A DNA stretch of 39,859 nucleotides from an uncultured Clostridia bacterium (GTDB lineage: Bacteria; Bacillota; Clostridia; Oscillospirales; Butyricicoccaceae), in the NCBI GenBank assembly GCA_945872165.1, contig CAMBYS010000001.1:1-39859 (forward strand). Reading direction: 5' to 3'. The position numbers were made by a program, and so were the translations under genes. Below the pieces are notes generated by a model. The model did not search any database. It was not told the DNA's origin and saw only the letters and a list, made by a program, of their open reading frames with translations. Positions 18,181 to 26,654 of this stretch are shown here, one piece after another. The number at the start of each line of letters is the position of its first letter. The first letter of the stretch is position 1.

Positions 18181-18466
18181 GGGGCTCCGGCTGCCTTGTG
18201 GTGTCCCACAGCATGTGAGAATCATTCTTATTTTCAGGTTTTTGTCCTGAGAACGCAAATCCCATCCGCCTGCCGAACGCCGGGTTTTCCACAGGTTTCC
18301 CTGCAGATTCTCCCGCCCAACTGCCGGTAACCGGCGGGGAATCGGGGCTTTTTTGAACGAATTCTTCGATCCGTCCGGAAGTTTTCCACATCCGACGGCT
18401 TTGCCGAAGGTCTATCATTTTGAATCGGAAAAAAAATTTTTATTTTGTTGCTTCGCTGTTTTTCAA

Positions 18467-18482
18467 CCACAATATATAGTGG
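18467..18482. promoter_or_regulatory. Distal NrdR-box-like site
   Basis: CCACAATATATAGTGG near-palindrome matching the NrdR consensus. Confidence 0.55.
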
Positions 18483-18498
18483 TCTGCTCCTGCAGGTA

Positions 18499-19158
18499 TC
18501 AGCCTGCACAGCATGGGGAGAACTCTGTCCAGTCCCGGATGTACTGCCGGCACAGGCTTCGGATCTCCGTTTCCTCGCTGGCTGCGGAGGCATCGTATAC
18601 ACCGATGACCGGATAACCCGCACGGCTGGCTGTCCGTACACAGTGCAGGCTGTCCTCAAACACACCCGTGGTGGTTTTCTCTGTGCCCAGCCGCCGTGCA
18701 CACTCATCAAAAATATACGGCTGGTTCTTGCTGGTATTCAAATCGCCGCAGGTGACAATAAACTGGAAATATTCCAGTACGCCTACCCGCCGCAGCGCTG
18801 CCTCCACCAGTGTATGGCTGGTAGCGCTGGCAACACACATGCGGACACCCTGCCGGTGCAGCCCTTCCAGCATATCCCGTACCCCATCCTTCAGCGGCGC
18901 ACGGTACAGATAATCGTCCTCAATCATATGATCAATCTGCCCACAGATTTCCTCTACGGAATTCTGTACCTGATACTCCTTCTGGAAAAAGACAGCAGCC
19001 TCCGGCAGAGTCATGGTTTTCAGACGCAGGGAAAACGCCTGTACATCCGGAATCACAATATTCCGTTCCTGCAGAAACCGCATGCCTACAGATGCCCAAT
19101 AGGGCATGGAATCCAGCAGTGTGCCGTCCAGATCAAAAATTGCACCGGTCAGTTTCAC
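18499..19158 (-). CDS. HAD family phosphatase in the thiamine operon
   Basis: FDLDGTLLDS, VASAT, K..P.IF, FEDS motifs; start overlaps the thiE stop. Confidence 0.9.
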   Translation of the reverse strand: MKLTGAIFDLDGTLLDSMPYWASVGMRFLQERNIVIPDVQAFSLRLKTMTLPEAAVFFQKEYQVQNSVEEICGQIDHMIEDDYLYRAPLKDGVRDMLEGLHRQGVRMCVASATSHTLVEAALRRVGVLEYFQFIVTCGDLNTSKNQPYIFDECARRLGTEKTTTGVFEDSLHCVRTASRAGYPVIGVYDASAASEETEIRSLCRQYIRDWTEFSPCCAG

Positions 19159-19811
19159 GGCAGCACCAGCTTTCGTGCCTGTGCCAGCAGTGCCTTTGTG
19201 GTGGTTTCAATGTCTTCTGCGGCAAAAATACCGGATACAATGGCAACACCATCCACACCGGTTCCCTGCAGCTCCAGCATATTGTCCAGCTTGATGCCGC
19301 CAATGGCTGTGGTGGGAATGGACACACTTGCTGTAATATCCCGGATGTCCTGCCAGGTCAGCGGATTGGCATCGGTCTTGGTTCCGGTGGCATGAACCGC
19401 ACCAATGCCCAGATAATCCGCACCGCGCTGCTGTGCCAGCTGTGCTTCCTCCACCGAATGGGCGGAAACACCAACGATTTTATCCTCGCCTAACAGAGCA
19501 CGCACTTCACCGGCTTCCATGTCATCCTGTCCCACATGTACGCCATCTGCGCCGCTCTCAATACAAGCCTGTACATCGTCATTGATGATGCAGGGCACCT
19601 CATATGTATGGCACAGTTTGACAATATCCTTTGCTTCCGCCACAAATGCGTCATGTTCCAGTCCCTTTTCCCGGATCTGTACCATGGTGGCACCACCCCG
19701 CAGGCATGCCTCTACCTGAGCATACAGGGTGCTGTCCCCTACCCATGTCCGGTCTGTCACCGCATACAGCAGCATGGCTTTTTTTACCGCTTCTTTTTTA
19801 TCGAATTTCAA
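19155..19811 (-). CDS. thiE: Thiamine-phosphate synthase
   Basis: LYAVTDR, VQIREK, IINDD, GADGVHVGQDD, GVSAH, TGTKTDA, AIGGI. Confidence 0.97.
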   Translation of the reverse strand: MKFDKKEAVKKAMLLYAVTDRTWVGDSTLYAQVEACLRGGATMVQIREKGLEHDAFVAEAKDIVKLCHTYEVPCIINDDVQACIESGADGVHVGQDDMEAGEVRALLGEDKIVGVSAHSVEEAQLAQQRGADYLGIGAVHATGTKTDANPLTWQDIRDITASVSIPTTAIGGIKLDNMLELQGTGVDGVAIVSGIFAAEDIETTTKALLAQARKLVLP

Positions 19812-20622
19812 TGTTCATTCCTCCATTCAATATATCCGTATCCATCAGGCTGATGGCATCCATCAGATGCACCCGGAACGAGCCGGTTCCCTGCCCCGCT
19901 TCCATGGTCTTTCGGTAAGCAATATCACCGGCAACTCCCATGGCAGCAGTAGCCGCAGCTGCAGCTTCCAGAATTGCATCATGATTTGCCCCGCAGTAAG
20001 CGGCTGTCAGCGCCGACAGCATACAGCCGGTACCGGTGACACAGGACATCATCGGATGTCCGTTGCGGCAGAGATAGGCCCGTTCCGGGGATGCAATGAT
20101 ATCAATGGCACCGCTGACCGAAACCACGGCGCCCAGCTTTGCGCTCAGCTGCTTAAAGAATGCCACGCGCTCTTCCAGATTTTCCTCTGTCACAGCATCC
20201 GCCGCACCGGCATCCACACCTTTGGTATTCGATGCCGCACCGCCTACAGCCAGCAGCTCGGATACATTGCCGCGTACTACGGCAAAGTGATACTTTGCGA
20301 AAAAGTCCCGAAGGGTTGCCATACGGTAGCTGGAAGCACCTGCTCCCACCGGATCGAGGATAATCGGCACGTCATGCTGATTGGCAGCTTCCATGGCCTG
20401 ATGCATGGCTGCCACAGTCATGGTGTTCAGATTGCCGATATTGATATCCAGCGCACCGGCAACCGATGCGATTTCCGCAGCCTCCTGCTCCGCCTCTGCC
20501 ATCGTCGGTGAAGCTCCGCAGGCAAGCACAATATTGGCACAGTCATTGGTGGTAATATAATTGGTAATACAGTGCACCAGAGGCTTATGCTGGCGCACAC
20601 GTTCCAAAATCTGTTCAAACAT
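19798..20622 (-). CDS. thiM: Hydroxyethylthiazole kinase
   Basis: PLVHCITNY..NDCAN..LACGASP.MA, LDPVGAGAS, RGNVSE, VTGTGCML. Confidence 0.97.
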   Translation of the reverse strand: MFEQILERVRQHKPLVHCITNYITTNDCANIVLACGASPTMAEAEQEAAEIASVAGALDINIGNLNTMTVAAMHQAMEAANQHDVPIILDPVGAGASSYRMATLRDFFAKYHFAVVRGNVSELLAVGGAASNTKGVDAGAADAVTEENLEERVAFFKQLSAKLGAVVSVSGAIDIIASPERAYLCRNGHPMMSCVTGTGCMLSALTAAYCGANHDAILEAAAAATAAMGVAGDIAYRKTMEAGQGTGSFRVHLMDAISLMDTDILNGGMNIEIR

Positions 20623-20673
20623 ACGGATTTCCTTCTTAATTCATCAGATCTGCAGGCAAAGTCCTGCCTTTCT

Positions 20674-20739
20674 AGTATATCGCTCACCGGCTGGTGCTGT
20701 CAATCCATCTTTGACATCTCAGCCAACTGATGCTATGAT
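20674..20739. promoter_or_regulatory. Back-to-back sigma-A promoters for thiM (minus) and the AEC transporter (plus)
   Basis: Minus TTGACA-N18-TATACT (20703-20674); plus TTGACA-N17-TATGAT (20711-20739). Confidence 0.7.
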
Positions 20740-20774
20740 ATATTTTATTCTGTAGATGATAGGCGGGAATCCTT

Positions 20775-21707
20775 ATGAATATATCAGCCCTGTATATCCA
20801 GATTGTGGTCATGTTCCTGTTGATTGGCGTGGGGGCAATCTGTTACAAACGAAAGATGGTAAACGATGAAGGCTCAAAACAAATGTCCTCTGTACTGATG
20901 ACCTTTGTTATGCCATGTATTATCATCCATTCCTTCTGCCGGGAATTTGATCCCGCTATGATGGGAAAGCTGGTGGAAGCCTTCCTGCTCTCCGTCCTGC
21001 TGCTTGTTGCCAGCCTGGTTTTGTCTGCACTGGTATTTCCCAAGGGAACTCCGGATTATGCGGACAAGCGCATGTGCACCATCTTTTCCAACAACGGTTT
21101 TATGGCCATTCCGCTGCTGCAGGCCCTGTATGGTGAGGACGGTGTCTTTATCGGTTCCATCAATATTGTGGTCACCAATATTTTCCTGTGGACCGTAGGC
21201 GTATGGATGCTCAGCCGTGCCAGCGGACGCTCCGGCGGCGCCATGAACTGGCGCAAGATTGTGCTCAATCCCGGTACCATTGGCTTATGTATCGGACTGG
21301 TGATTTTCCTCACCTCTTTCCAGCTGCCTGCTGTACTGGATGACACAATTTCGTTCCTCAGTGATTTGAACACTCCCCTGGCTATGATTGTCCTGGGTGT
21401 TTATCTGACCCAATCCAACCTGCTGGAAGCCCTGAAGGATCGTTCCATTTATGTCGTTTCCCTGTGCCGGCTGTTTGTCATTCCGCTCATCACCATTGCG
21501 GCAGCCGCTCTGCTGCCCTTTGACACAGAGGTTTCCCAGGTTCTGTTGGTGAGCATCGCTACGCCCTGTGCGGTGGCAAGCTCCATGTTCGCCCAGATGT
21601 TTGGCACCAATTACCGCTATTCCAGCCAGATTATTGCCTTTTCTACGGTCATTTCCGCTGCTGCCATGCCAATGGTGCTTGGTTTCAGCCAGCTGTTCAT
21701 CGGCTGA
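20775..21707 (+). CDS. AEC (auxin efflux carrier / malate permease) family transporter
   Basis: About 10 TM helices, FSNNGFMAIPL, NP, TPLAMIVLG, ATPCA motifs. Confidence 0.9.
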   Translation: MNISALYIQIVVMFLLIGVGAICYKRKMVNDEGSKQMSSVLMTFVMPCIIIHSFCREFDPAMMGKLVEAFLLSVLLLVASLVLSALVFPKGTPDYADKRMCTIFSNNGFMAIPLLQALYGEDGVFIGSINIVVTNIFLWTVGVWMLSRASGRSGGAMNWRKIVLNPGTIGLCIGLVIFLTSFQLPAVLDDTISFLSDLNTPLAMIVLGVYLTQSNLLEALKDRSIYVVSLCRLFVIPLITIAAAALLPFDTEVSQVLLVSIATPCAVASSMFAQMFGTNYRYSSQIIAFSTVISAAAMPMVLGFSQLFIG

Positions 21708-21733
21708 GCCGGAGGGATTCTTTCCTGATAGGC

Positions 21734-21768
21734 AAACCGGACGGGATTTCCCGTCCGGTCTTTTTTTA
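21734..21768. terminator. Terminator between convergent AEC and rubredoxin genes
   Basis: ACCGGACGGGA-TT-TCCCGTCCGGT followed by CTTTTTTT. Confidence 0.8.
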
Positions 21769-21975
21769 TTCCTCTGCTGTGGGTATGCCGGGGAATTCCC
21801 GGGTACGGATTTGCTGAAAGGCTGCCTTGCCCTGTCCGCAAACCGGACAGCGAAAGCTGCTCCCCACATGGGACCATGGCACGCCAATGCCTACATGCGC
21901 CTTGGGTTCACCGTGAACCGGGTCATACACATAGCCGCATACAGAACACTGGTAACGCCGCATATCACTCTGCAT
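21766..21975 (-). CDS. Rubredoxin
   Basis: YQCSVCGYVYDP..G...W......FRCPVCG..K..F; start uncertain (21978, 21975 or 21963). Confidence 0.88.
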   Translation of the reverse strand: MQSDMRRYQCSVCGYVYDPVHGEPKAHVGIGVPWSHVGSSFRCPVCGQGKAAFQQIRTREFPGIPTAEE

Positions 21976-21996
21976 CAAATATCACTTCCTCACAGG

Positions 21997-22026
21997 CAGT
22001 ATGCCCGCCCCGAAGTGGCTTTATGC
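21997..22026 (-). promoter_or_regulatory. Putative sigma-F/sigma-G forespore promoter for rubredoxin
   Basis: Minus strand GCATA-N15-GGGCATACTG (also reads GCATA-N18-CATACT), right after the dapB terminator hairpin. Confidence 0.6.
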
Positions 22027-22031
22027 GTAAA

Positions 22032-22060
22032 AATGCCTCCGGCAAAAAACCGGAGGCATT
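22032..22060 (-). terminator. Terminator after dapB
   Basis: AATGCCTCCGG-N6-CCGGAGGCATT; TTTTT follows on the minus strand. Confidence 0.8.
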
Positions 22061-22079
22061 CATATCATATTTTTTATGT

Positions 22080-22841
22080 TTACTTGGCTGCAATGACATC
22101 CGACATGTCATACATACCCGGCTGGGTCTGGGTACCCAGAAAAGCGGCTGCATCGACTGCGCCAACTGCAAATACCTCACGGGACAGTGCCACGTGACGA
22201 ATTTCAATCAGTTCATCACGGCCGGCGAACAGAACCTCATGCTCGCCTACAATGGTGCCGCCGCGCAGGGTATGAATGCCGATTTCATGTGCCGGACGCT
22301 TCTCACGGCGCTCATGGCGGTCATAGACATATTCCGGGTCATAGGGCAGTGCTTCGCTGACTGCGTCTGCCAGCATCAGAGCCGTACCGGAAGGTGCATC
22401 CAGCTTCTGGTTGTGATGCTTTTCGGTGATTTCCACATCATAGCCATCGCCCAGAACCGATGCCGCCTTGCGCAGCAGATCCATCATCAGGTTGATGCCG
22501 ATGGACATGTTGCCCGAACGGAATACCGGGATTTCAGCAGATGCCGCCCGCATGGCTGCCAGCTGTTCCTTGCTGTGTCCGGTGGAGCAGATGACCAGCG
22601 GCGTGCGGGTCTTTTTGCCGTAATCCAGCAGCATTTCCAGCGAGTTGGCATTGGAAAAGTCAATGATAACATCACATGCGCCGGTGAACTCATGGGCATC
22701 CGCATAAACCGGATAATCTGCCAGCTTTTCGGTATAGCTGTCAAAGCCGGCAACAATCTTCATATTTTCCTTCTTGGAGACAATGTCCGTGATGACCTTG
22801 CCCATACGGCCATTGCAGCCGCAAAGTCCGATTTTCAACAT
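22080..22841 (-). CDS. dapB: 4-hydroxy-tetrahydrodipicolinate reductase
   Basis: GCNGRMG, IIDFS, ICSTG, NMSIG, EKHHNQKLDAPSGTA, RGGTIVGEH. Confidence 0.97.
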   Translation of the reverse strand: MLKIGLCGCNGRMGKVITDIVSKKENMKIVAGFDSYTEKLADYPVYADAHEFTGACDVIIDFSNANSLEMLLDYGKKTRTPLVICSTGHSKEQLAAMRAASAEIPVFRSGNMSIGINLMMDLLRKAASVLGDGYDVEITEKHHNQKLDAPSGTALMLADAVSEALPYDPEYVYDRHERREKRPAHEIGIHTLRGGTIVGEHEVLFAGRDELIEIRHVALSREVFAVGAVDAAAFLGTQTQPGMYDMSDVIAAK

Positions 22842-22854
22842 CCTGAACCGCTCC

Positions 22855-23748
22855 TTACTTTACTGCCGGATAACCGGCATTTGCCATTGCCTGCTTCAGC
22901 TGTGCTACATGCTCCTCTGTCATATCACACAGCGGCATGCGCAGCTCACCAACATCCCAGCCCAGGAAGCGCATTGCCATCTTAACCGGGATCGGATTGA
23001 CTTCCAGGAACAGTGCGTTAATCAGCTCCAGATACTGCAGCTGCAGCTCACGTGCCTTTGCATAATCGCCATCCAGGCACAGCTGTGCAATGTTGTGTGC
23101 TACATCCGGTGCAACGTTTGCCAGAACGGAAATGACGCCCTTGCCGCCCATTGCCATCAGCGGAACGATCATGTCATCATTGCCGGACCAGAAATTCAGC
23201 TCATCGCCGCACAGACGCATGGCTTCTGCCAGCAGGGAGAAATCACCGGTTGCTTCCTTTGCACCATTGATGTTCGGATGCTTGGAAAGCTCCTGATAGG
23301 TTTTCGGCTGAATGGTAACACCGGTACGGCTGGGTACGCTGTACAGAATAATCGGGGTAGGGGTTGCATCAGCCAGCAGGTTGAAGTGCTTGATCAGACC
23401 CTGCTGGGTTGCCTTGTTATAATAAGGGGTAACGGTCAGCAGACCATCTGCACCAGCCTCCGAAGCGAACTTGCAAAGCTCCAGTGCATAGCCGGTATCA
23501 TTGGAACCGGTACCTGCAATGACCGGCACACGGCCATTGACATAGTCAACACCGAACTGAATGGTTTCCTTATGCTCCTTGTCGGTCAGTGTGGAGCCCT
23601 CACCAGTCGTACCGCAGATGGTAATGGAATCAATACCGCGGTTGATCTGATCGTCAATGATGCGCTTAAATTCCGGGTAATTTACACCGGTAGCTGTCAT
23701 CGGGGTAACAATAGCGACATTCGCGCCGGTAAAAATAGGCTTTTTCAT
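22855..23748 (-). CDS. dapA: 4-hydroxy-tetrahydrodipicolinate synthase
   Basis: AIVTPM, CGTTGE, VIAGTGSN, VTPYYNK, LYSVPSRTG, KEATG, NPIPVK; start at MKKPIF behind GGAGGG. Confidence 0.97.
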   Translation of the reverse strand: MKKPIFTGANVAIVTPMTATGVNYPEFKRIIDDQINRGIDSITICGTTGEGSTLTDKEHKETIQFGVDYVNGRVPVIAGTGSNDTGYALELCKFASEAGADGLLTVTPYYNKATQQGLIKHFNLLADATPTPIILYSVPSRTGVTIQPKTYQELSKHPNINGAKEATGDFSLLAEAMRLCGDELNFWSGNDDMIVPLMAMGGKGVISVLANVAPDVAHNIAQLCLDGDYAKARELQLQYLELINALFLEVNPIPVKMAMRFLGWDVGELRMPLCDMTEEHVAQLKQAMANAGYPAVK

Positions 23749-23851
23749 TAGGTTTTCCCTCCGATCAAAATGGTATCCGGGAAGCACGGCTGTGTGCTCC
23801 GTGCCTCCCAGTATATCTCTCCCGATACAATATTCTCGTTAAAATGAATGA

Positions 23852-24931
23852 TTAGTCCATGTAGCCTTCTGCACACAGCAGCTCTGCCATTTCAACAGCG
23901 CCGCCTGCAGCACCGCGCAGGGTGTTATGGGACAGGCTGACAAAGCGGTAATCAAAGATTACGTCATCACGCAGACGGCCGATGGAAACTGCCATGCCGC
24001 CTTCCAGATTGCGGTCCAGACGAGCCTGCGGACGGTCATCCTCTTCAAAGTAATGCAGGAACTGCTTCGGTGCGCTCGGCAGCTCCAGCTCCTGTGCACG
24101 ACCGCTGTAATTTGCCCATGCCTCCAGGATCTGTTCCTTGGTCGGCTTGTTCTTGAACTTAACGAAAGCTGCTGCGGTATGTCCATCGCTTACCGGTACA
24201 CGCAGGCACTGTGCGGAGATTACCGGCTCAGCAGCTGCAACGATTTCATCGCCCTCTACGGTGCCCCAAACCTTCATCGGCTCCTTTTCAGACTTCTCTT
24301 CCTCGCCGCCGATGTACGGAATGACATTGTCAACCATTTCCGGCCAGGTTTCAAAGTTCTTGCCGGCGCCGGAAATTGCCTGATAGGTGCATACAGCAAC
24401 CTTCTCAATGCCAAACTCCTTCAGTGCGGTCAGCGCCGGAACATAAGACTGGATGGAGCAGTTGGACTTAACGGCAATAAAGCCGCGCTTGGTGCCCAGA
24501 CGCTTGCGCTGTGCCGGAATAATCTTGGCATGATCTGCATTGACTTCCGGAATAATCATCGGAACGTCCTTGGTAAAACGATGTGCGCTGTTGTTGGAGA
24601 TAACCGGGCACTCCAGCTTTGCGTACTTTTCTTCCAGAGCACGGATAACGTCCTTCTTCATATTGACAGCACAGAAGGTAAAATCAATCTGGGAAGCAAA
24701 TTCCTCTGCATCGCCCTCTGCATCATACAGGACCATATCCTTGACATTTTCCGGAATCGGAGTTGCCATCTTCCAGCGTCCATCCACTGCTTCCGCATAG
24801 GTCTTGCCCTTATTGCGGCCGCTGGCTGCAATTGCAGTGACAGTAAACCACGGATGGTTTGCCAGCAGGGTGACAAAGCGCTGACCTACCATGCCGGTTG
24901 CGCCGATAATGCCGACTCTGTAATTCTTCAT
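23852..24931 (-). CDS. asd: Aspartate-semialdehyde dehydrogenase
   Basis: GATGMVGQRF, SNCS catalytic Cys, YQAISGAG, RVPVSDGH, HNTLRGAAGGA. Confidence 0.97.
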   Translation of the reverse strand: MKNYRVGIIGATGMVGQRFVTLLANHPWFTVTAIAASGRNKGKTYAEAVDGRWKMATPIPENVKDMVLYDAEGDAEEFASQIDFTFCAVNMKKDVIRALEEKYAKLECPVISNNSAHRFTKDVPMIIPEVNADHAKIIPAQRKRLGTKRGFIAVKSNCSIQSYVPALTALKEFGIEKVAVCTYQAISGAGKNFETWPEMVDNVIPYIGGEEEKSEKEPMKVWGTVEGDEIVAAAEPVISAQCLRVPVSDGHTAAAFVKFKNKPTKEQILEAWANYSGRAQELELPSAPKQFLHYFEEDDRPQARLDRNLEGGMAVSIGRLRDDVIFDYRFVSLSHNTLRGAAGGAVEMAELLCAEGYMD

Positions 24932-25012
24932 GTTGCTGTTTCCTCCTGAAAAGCTATTGTTTTCACAATATAGTATATCATTATAGCTTGTCGCCTGCTC
25001 CGAATTTTACAT

Positions 25013-25044
25013 AAGAAAAAGCCGGTCGGGAAGTTCCGGCCGGT
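25013..25044 (-). terminator. Lysine riboswitch attenuator
   Basis: Minus strand CCGGCCGGAA-CT-TCCCGACCGG-CTTTTTCTT between the aptamer and asd. Confidence 0.75.
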
Positions 25045-25088
25045 GATGCGTAACAAACCACCCTGTTTGACTGCAAACAGGTTCCTGT

Positions 25089-25269
25089 AGTAGCGATAGC
25101 GCATCACGGGAGCAAACCGGTGACAGCCGGACAGATATTCTCATGCCCGTCCAGATAAACGCCTGCGAATCCGACATTCTCTTCGGCAGCTTCCCCTTTC
25201 CTGCCCGGTCATCGAAAGGATTCGCCTCCTAACGGGCAATACTGATGTCAGCTGCGCCTCAATCGTACT
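25089..25269 (-). promoter_or_regulatory. Lysine riboswitch
   Basis: Minus strand GAGGCGC...AGTA...GAAAGG...GCCGAA...CTGTC...GCGCTATCG conserved blocks upstream of asd-dapA-dapB; promoter TTGACA-N18-TAGAAT at 25319-25290. Confidence 0.92.
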
Positions 25270-25442
25270 TATACAACTAAGCTTTTATTATTCTATCATG
25301 TGATAATTTGCTTTGTCAAGACGATTCCATGGGGAAACCGCACAAAACGACAGCATTTCCGGCTCTTGATTTCGTATGCCCTTTACGGTATCATAGATTT
25401 TATATCATTCCTGACATCTGAAGCAGATTTTATATCCAATAT

Positions 25443-25536
25443 TTGCCGGACACAGTAAGAAAAACTCTCTCAGCCCGCGCTGTCAGCGCAGACAGCTCCC
25501 TCCCATGAGAGAGCCGCTCAGAGGAATGTCCGGCAA
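25443..25536. repeat. Short palindromic REP-like element upstream of queA
   Basis: 10-bp inverted ends TTGCCGGACA/TGTCCGGCAA enclosing CTCTCTCAG..GCGC-TGTCA-GCGC..GACAGCTCCCTC..GAGAGAGC hairpins. Confidence 0.45.
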
Positions 25537-25606
25537 TCACAAGCTTCTGTGTTTGTCGTATGGGGATAAGGAGGCTGACGCGCTGTATTCGCGTTGATAA
25601 CAGAAC

Positions 25607-26641
25607 ATGAAAACAAGTGATTTTTATTATGACCTGCCGGAGCGTCTGATTGCACAGACGCCGCTGGACAAGCGGGATTCCTCCCGTATGCTGGCGTTAA
25701 ACAAGTCTACCGGCGACATTGCGCACCGGCATTTTTATGACCTGCCGGAGTATTTGCATGCAGGTGATACGCTGGTGCTGAACAATTCCCGTGTCATTCC
25801 TGCCCGCCTGCTGGGTGTCCGGGAGGATACCGGCTATCCGATTGAGCTGGTTCTGCTCACGGATAAAGGAGATGGGGTATGGGAATGCCTGACTCGTCCG
25901 GGCAAAAAATGCCGTGTGGGTGCAAAACTCAGCTTTGGTGAAGGCAAGCTCACCGCTACCGTAGAAGACATTCTGCCGGATGGCGGCAATCGCCTGATCC
26001 GGTTCCATTATGATGGTATTTTTCTCGAAATTCTGGAAGAGCTTGGCATGATGCCGCTGCCGCCTTATATTAAGGAAAAGCTGGAGGATCCGGAACGGTA
26101 TCAGACCGTATACAGCAAGACACCGGGCTCCGCTGCCGCTCCCACGGCTGGCCTGCATTTTACCCCGGAGCTGCTGGCACAGATTCGGGATAAAGGGGTG
26201 AACATTGCCTATGTGACACTGCATGTGGGTTTGGGTACCTTCCGCCCGGTAAAAGTAGAGGATGTCAACGATCATGTGATGCATTCGGAATTTTATATGC
26301 TGGATGAGGAAAATGCTGCCATCATTAACAATACCCGCAAAAATGGCGGCAGAATTTTTGCTGTAGGCACCACGGCAACCCGTACCCTGGAAACCATTGC
26401 CGCAGAGGATGGCTCTGTCCGCCCCTGCTCCGGCTGGACGAATATTTTTATTTATCCGGGATACAAATTTAAGGCAGTTGATTGCCTGATTACCAATTTC
26501 CATCTGCCGGAAAGCACATTAATGATGCTGATTTCCGCATTTGCCACCCGTGAGATGATTATGGACACTTATAAGGTCGCAGTACAGGAGGAATACCGGT
26601 TCTTTAGCTTTGGTGATTCCATGCTGATTTATACGGAATAA
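25607..26641 (+). CDS. queA: S-adenosylmethionine:tRNA ribosyltransferase-isomerase
   Basis: [66 protein letters not shown]. Confidence 0.98.
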   Translation: MKTSDFYYDLPERLIAQTPLDKRDSSRMLALNKSTGDIAHRHFYDLPEYLHAGDTLVLNNSRVIPARLLGVREDTGYPIELVLLTDKGDGVWECLTRPGKKCRVGAKLSFGEGKLTATVEDILPDGGNRLIRFHYDGIFLEILEELGMMPLPPYIKEKLEDPERYQTVYSKTPGSAAAPTAGLHFTPELLAQIRDKGVNIAYVTLHVGLGTFRPVKVEDVNDHVMHSEFYMLDEENAAIINNTRKNGGRIFAVGTTATRTLETIAAEDGSVRPCSGWTNIFIYPGYKFKAVDCLITNFHLPESTLMMLISAFATREMIMDTYKVAVQEEYRFFSFGDSMLIYTE

Positions 26642-26654
26642 GGAGGACAATGAC

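Noticed and set aside
17932-18710. ORFs in the nrdD upstream intergenic region
   Set aside because: No RBS or motifs; the region is explained by the promoter, NrdR boxes and DnaA-like boxes.
20623-20774. TPP riboswitch upstream of thiM
   Set aside because: CTGAGA occurs on the minus strand but upstream of the -35 element; the other aptamer elements are missing and the leader is too short.
25400-25606. preQ1 riboswitch upstream of queA
   Set aside because: No recognisable preQ1 aptamer stem-loop with A-rich tail.
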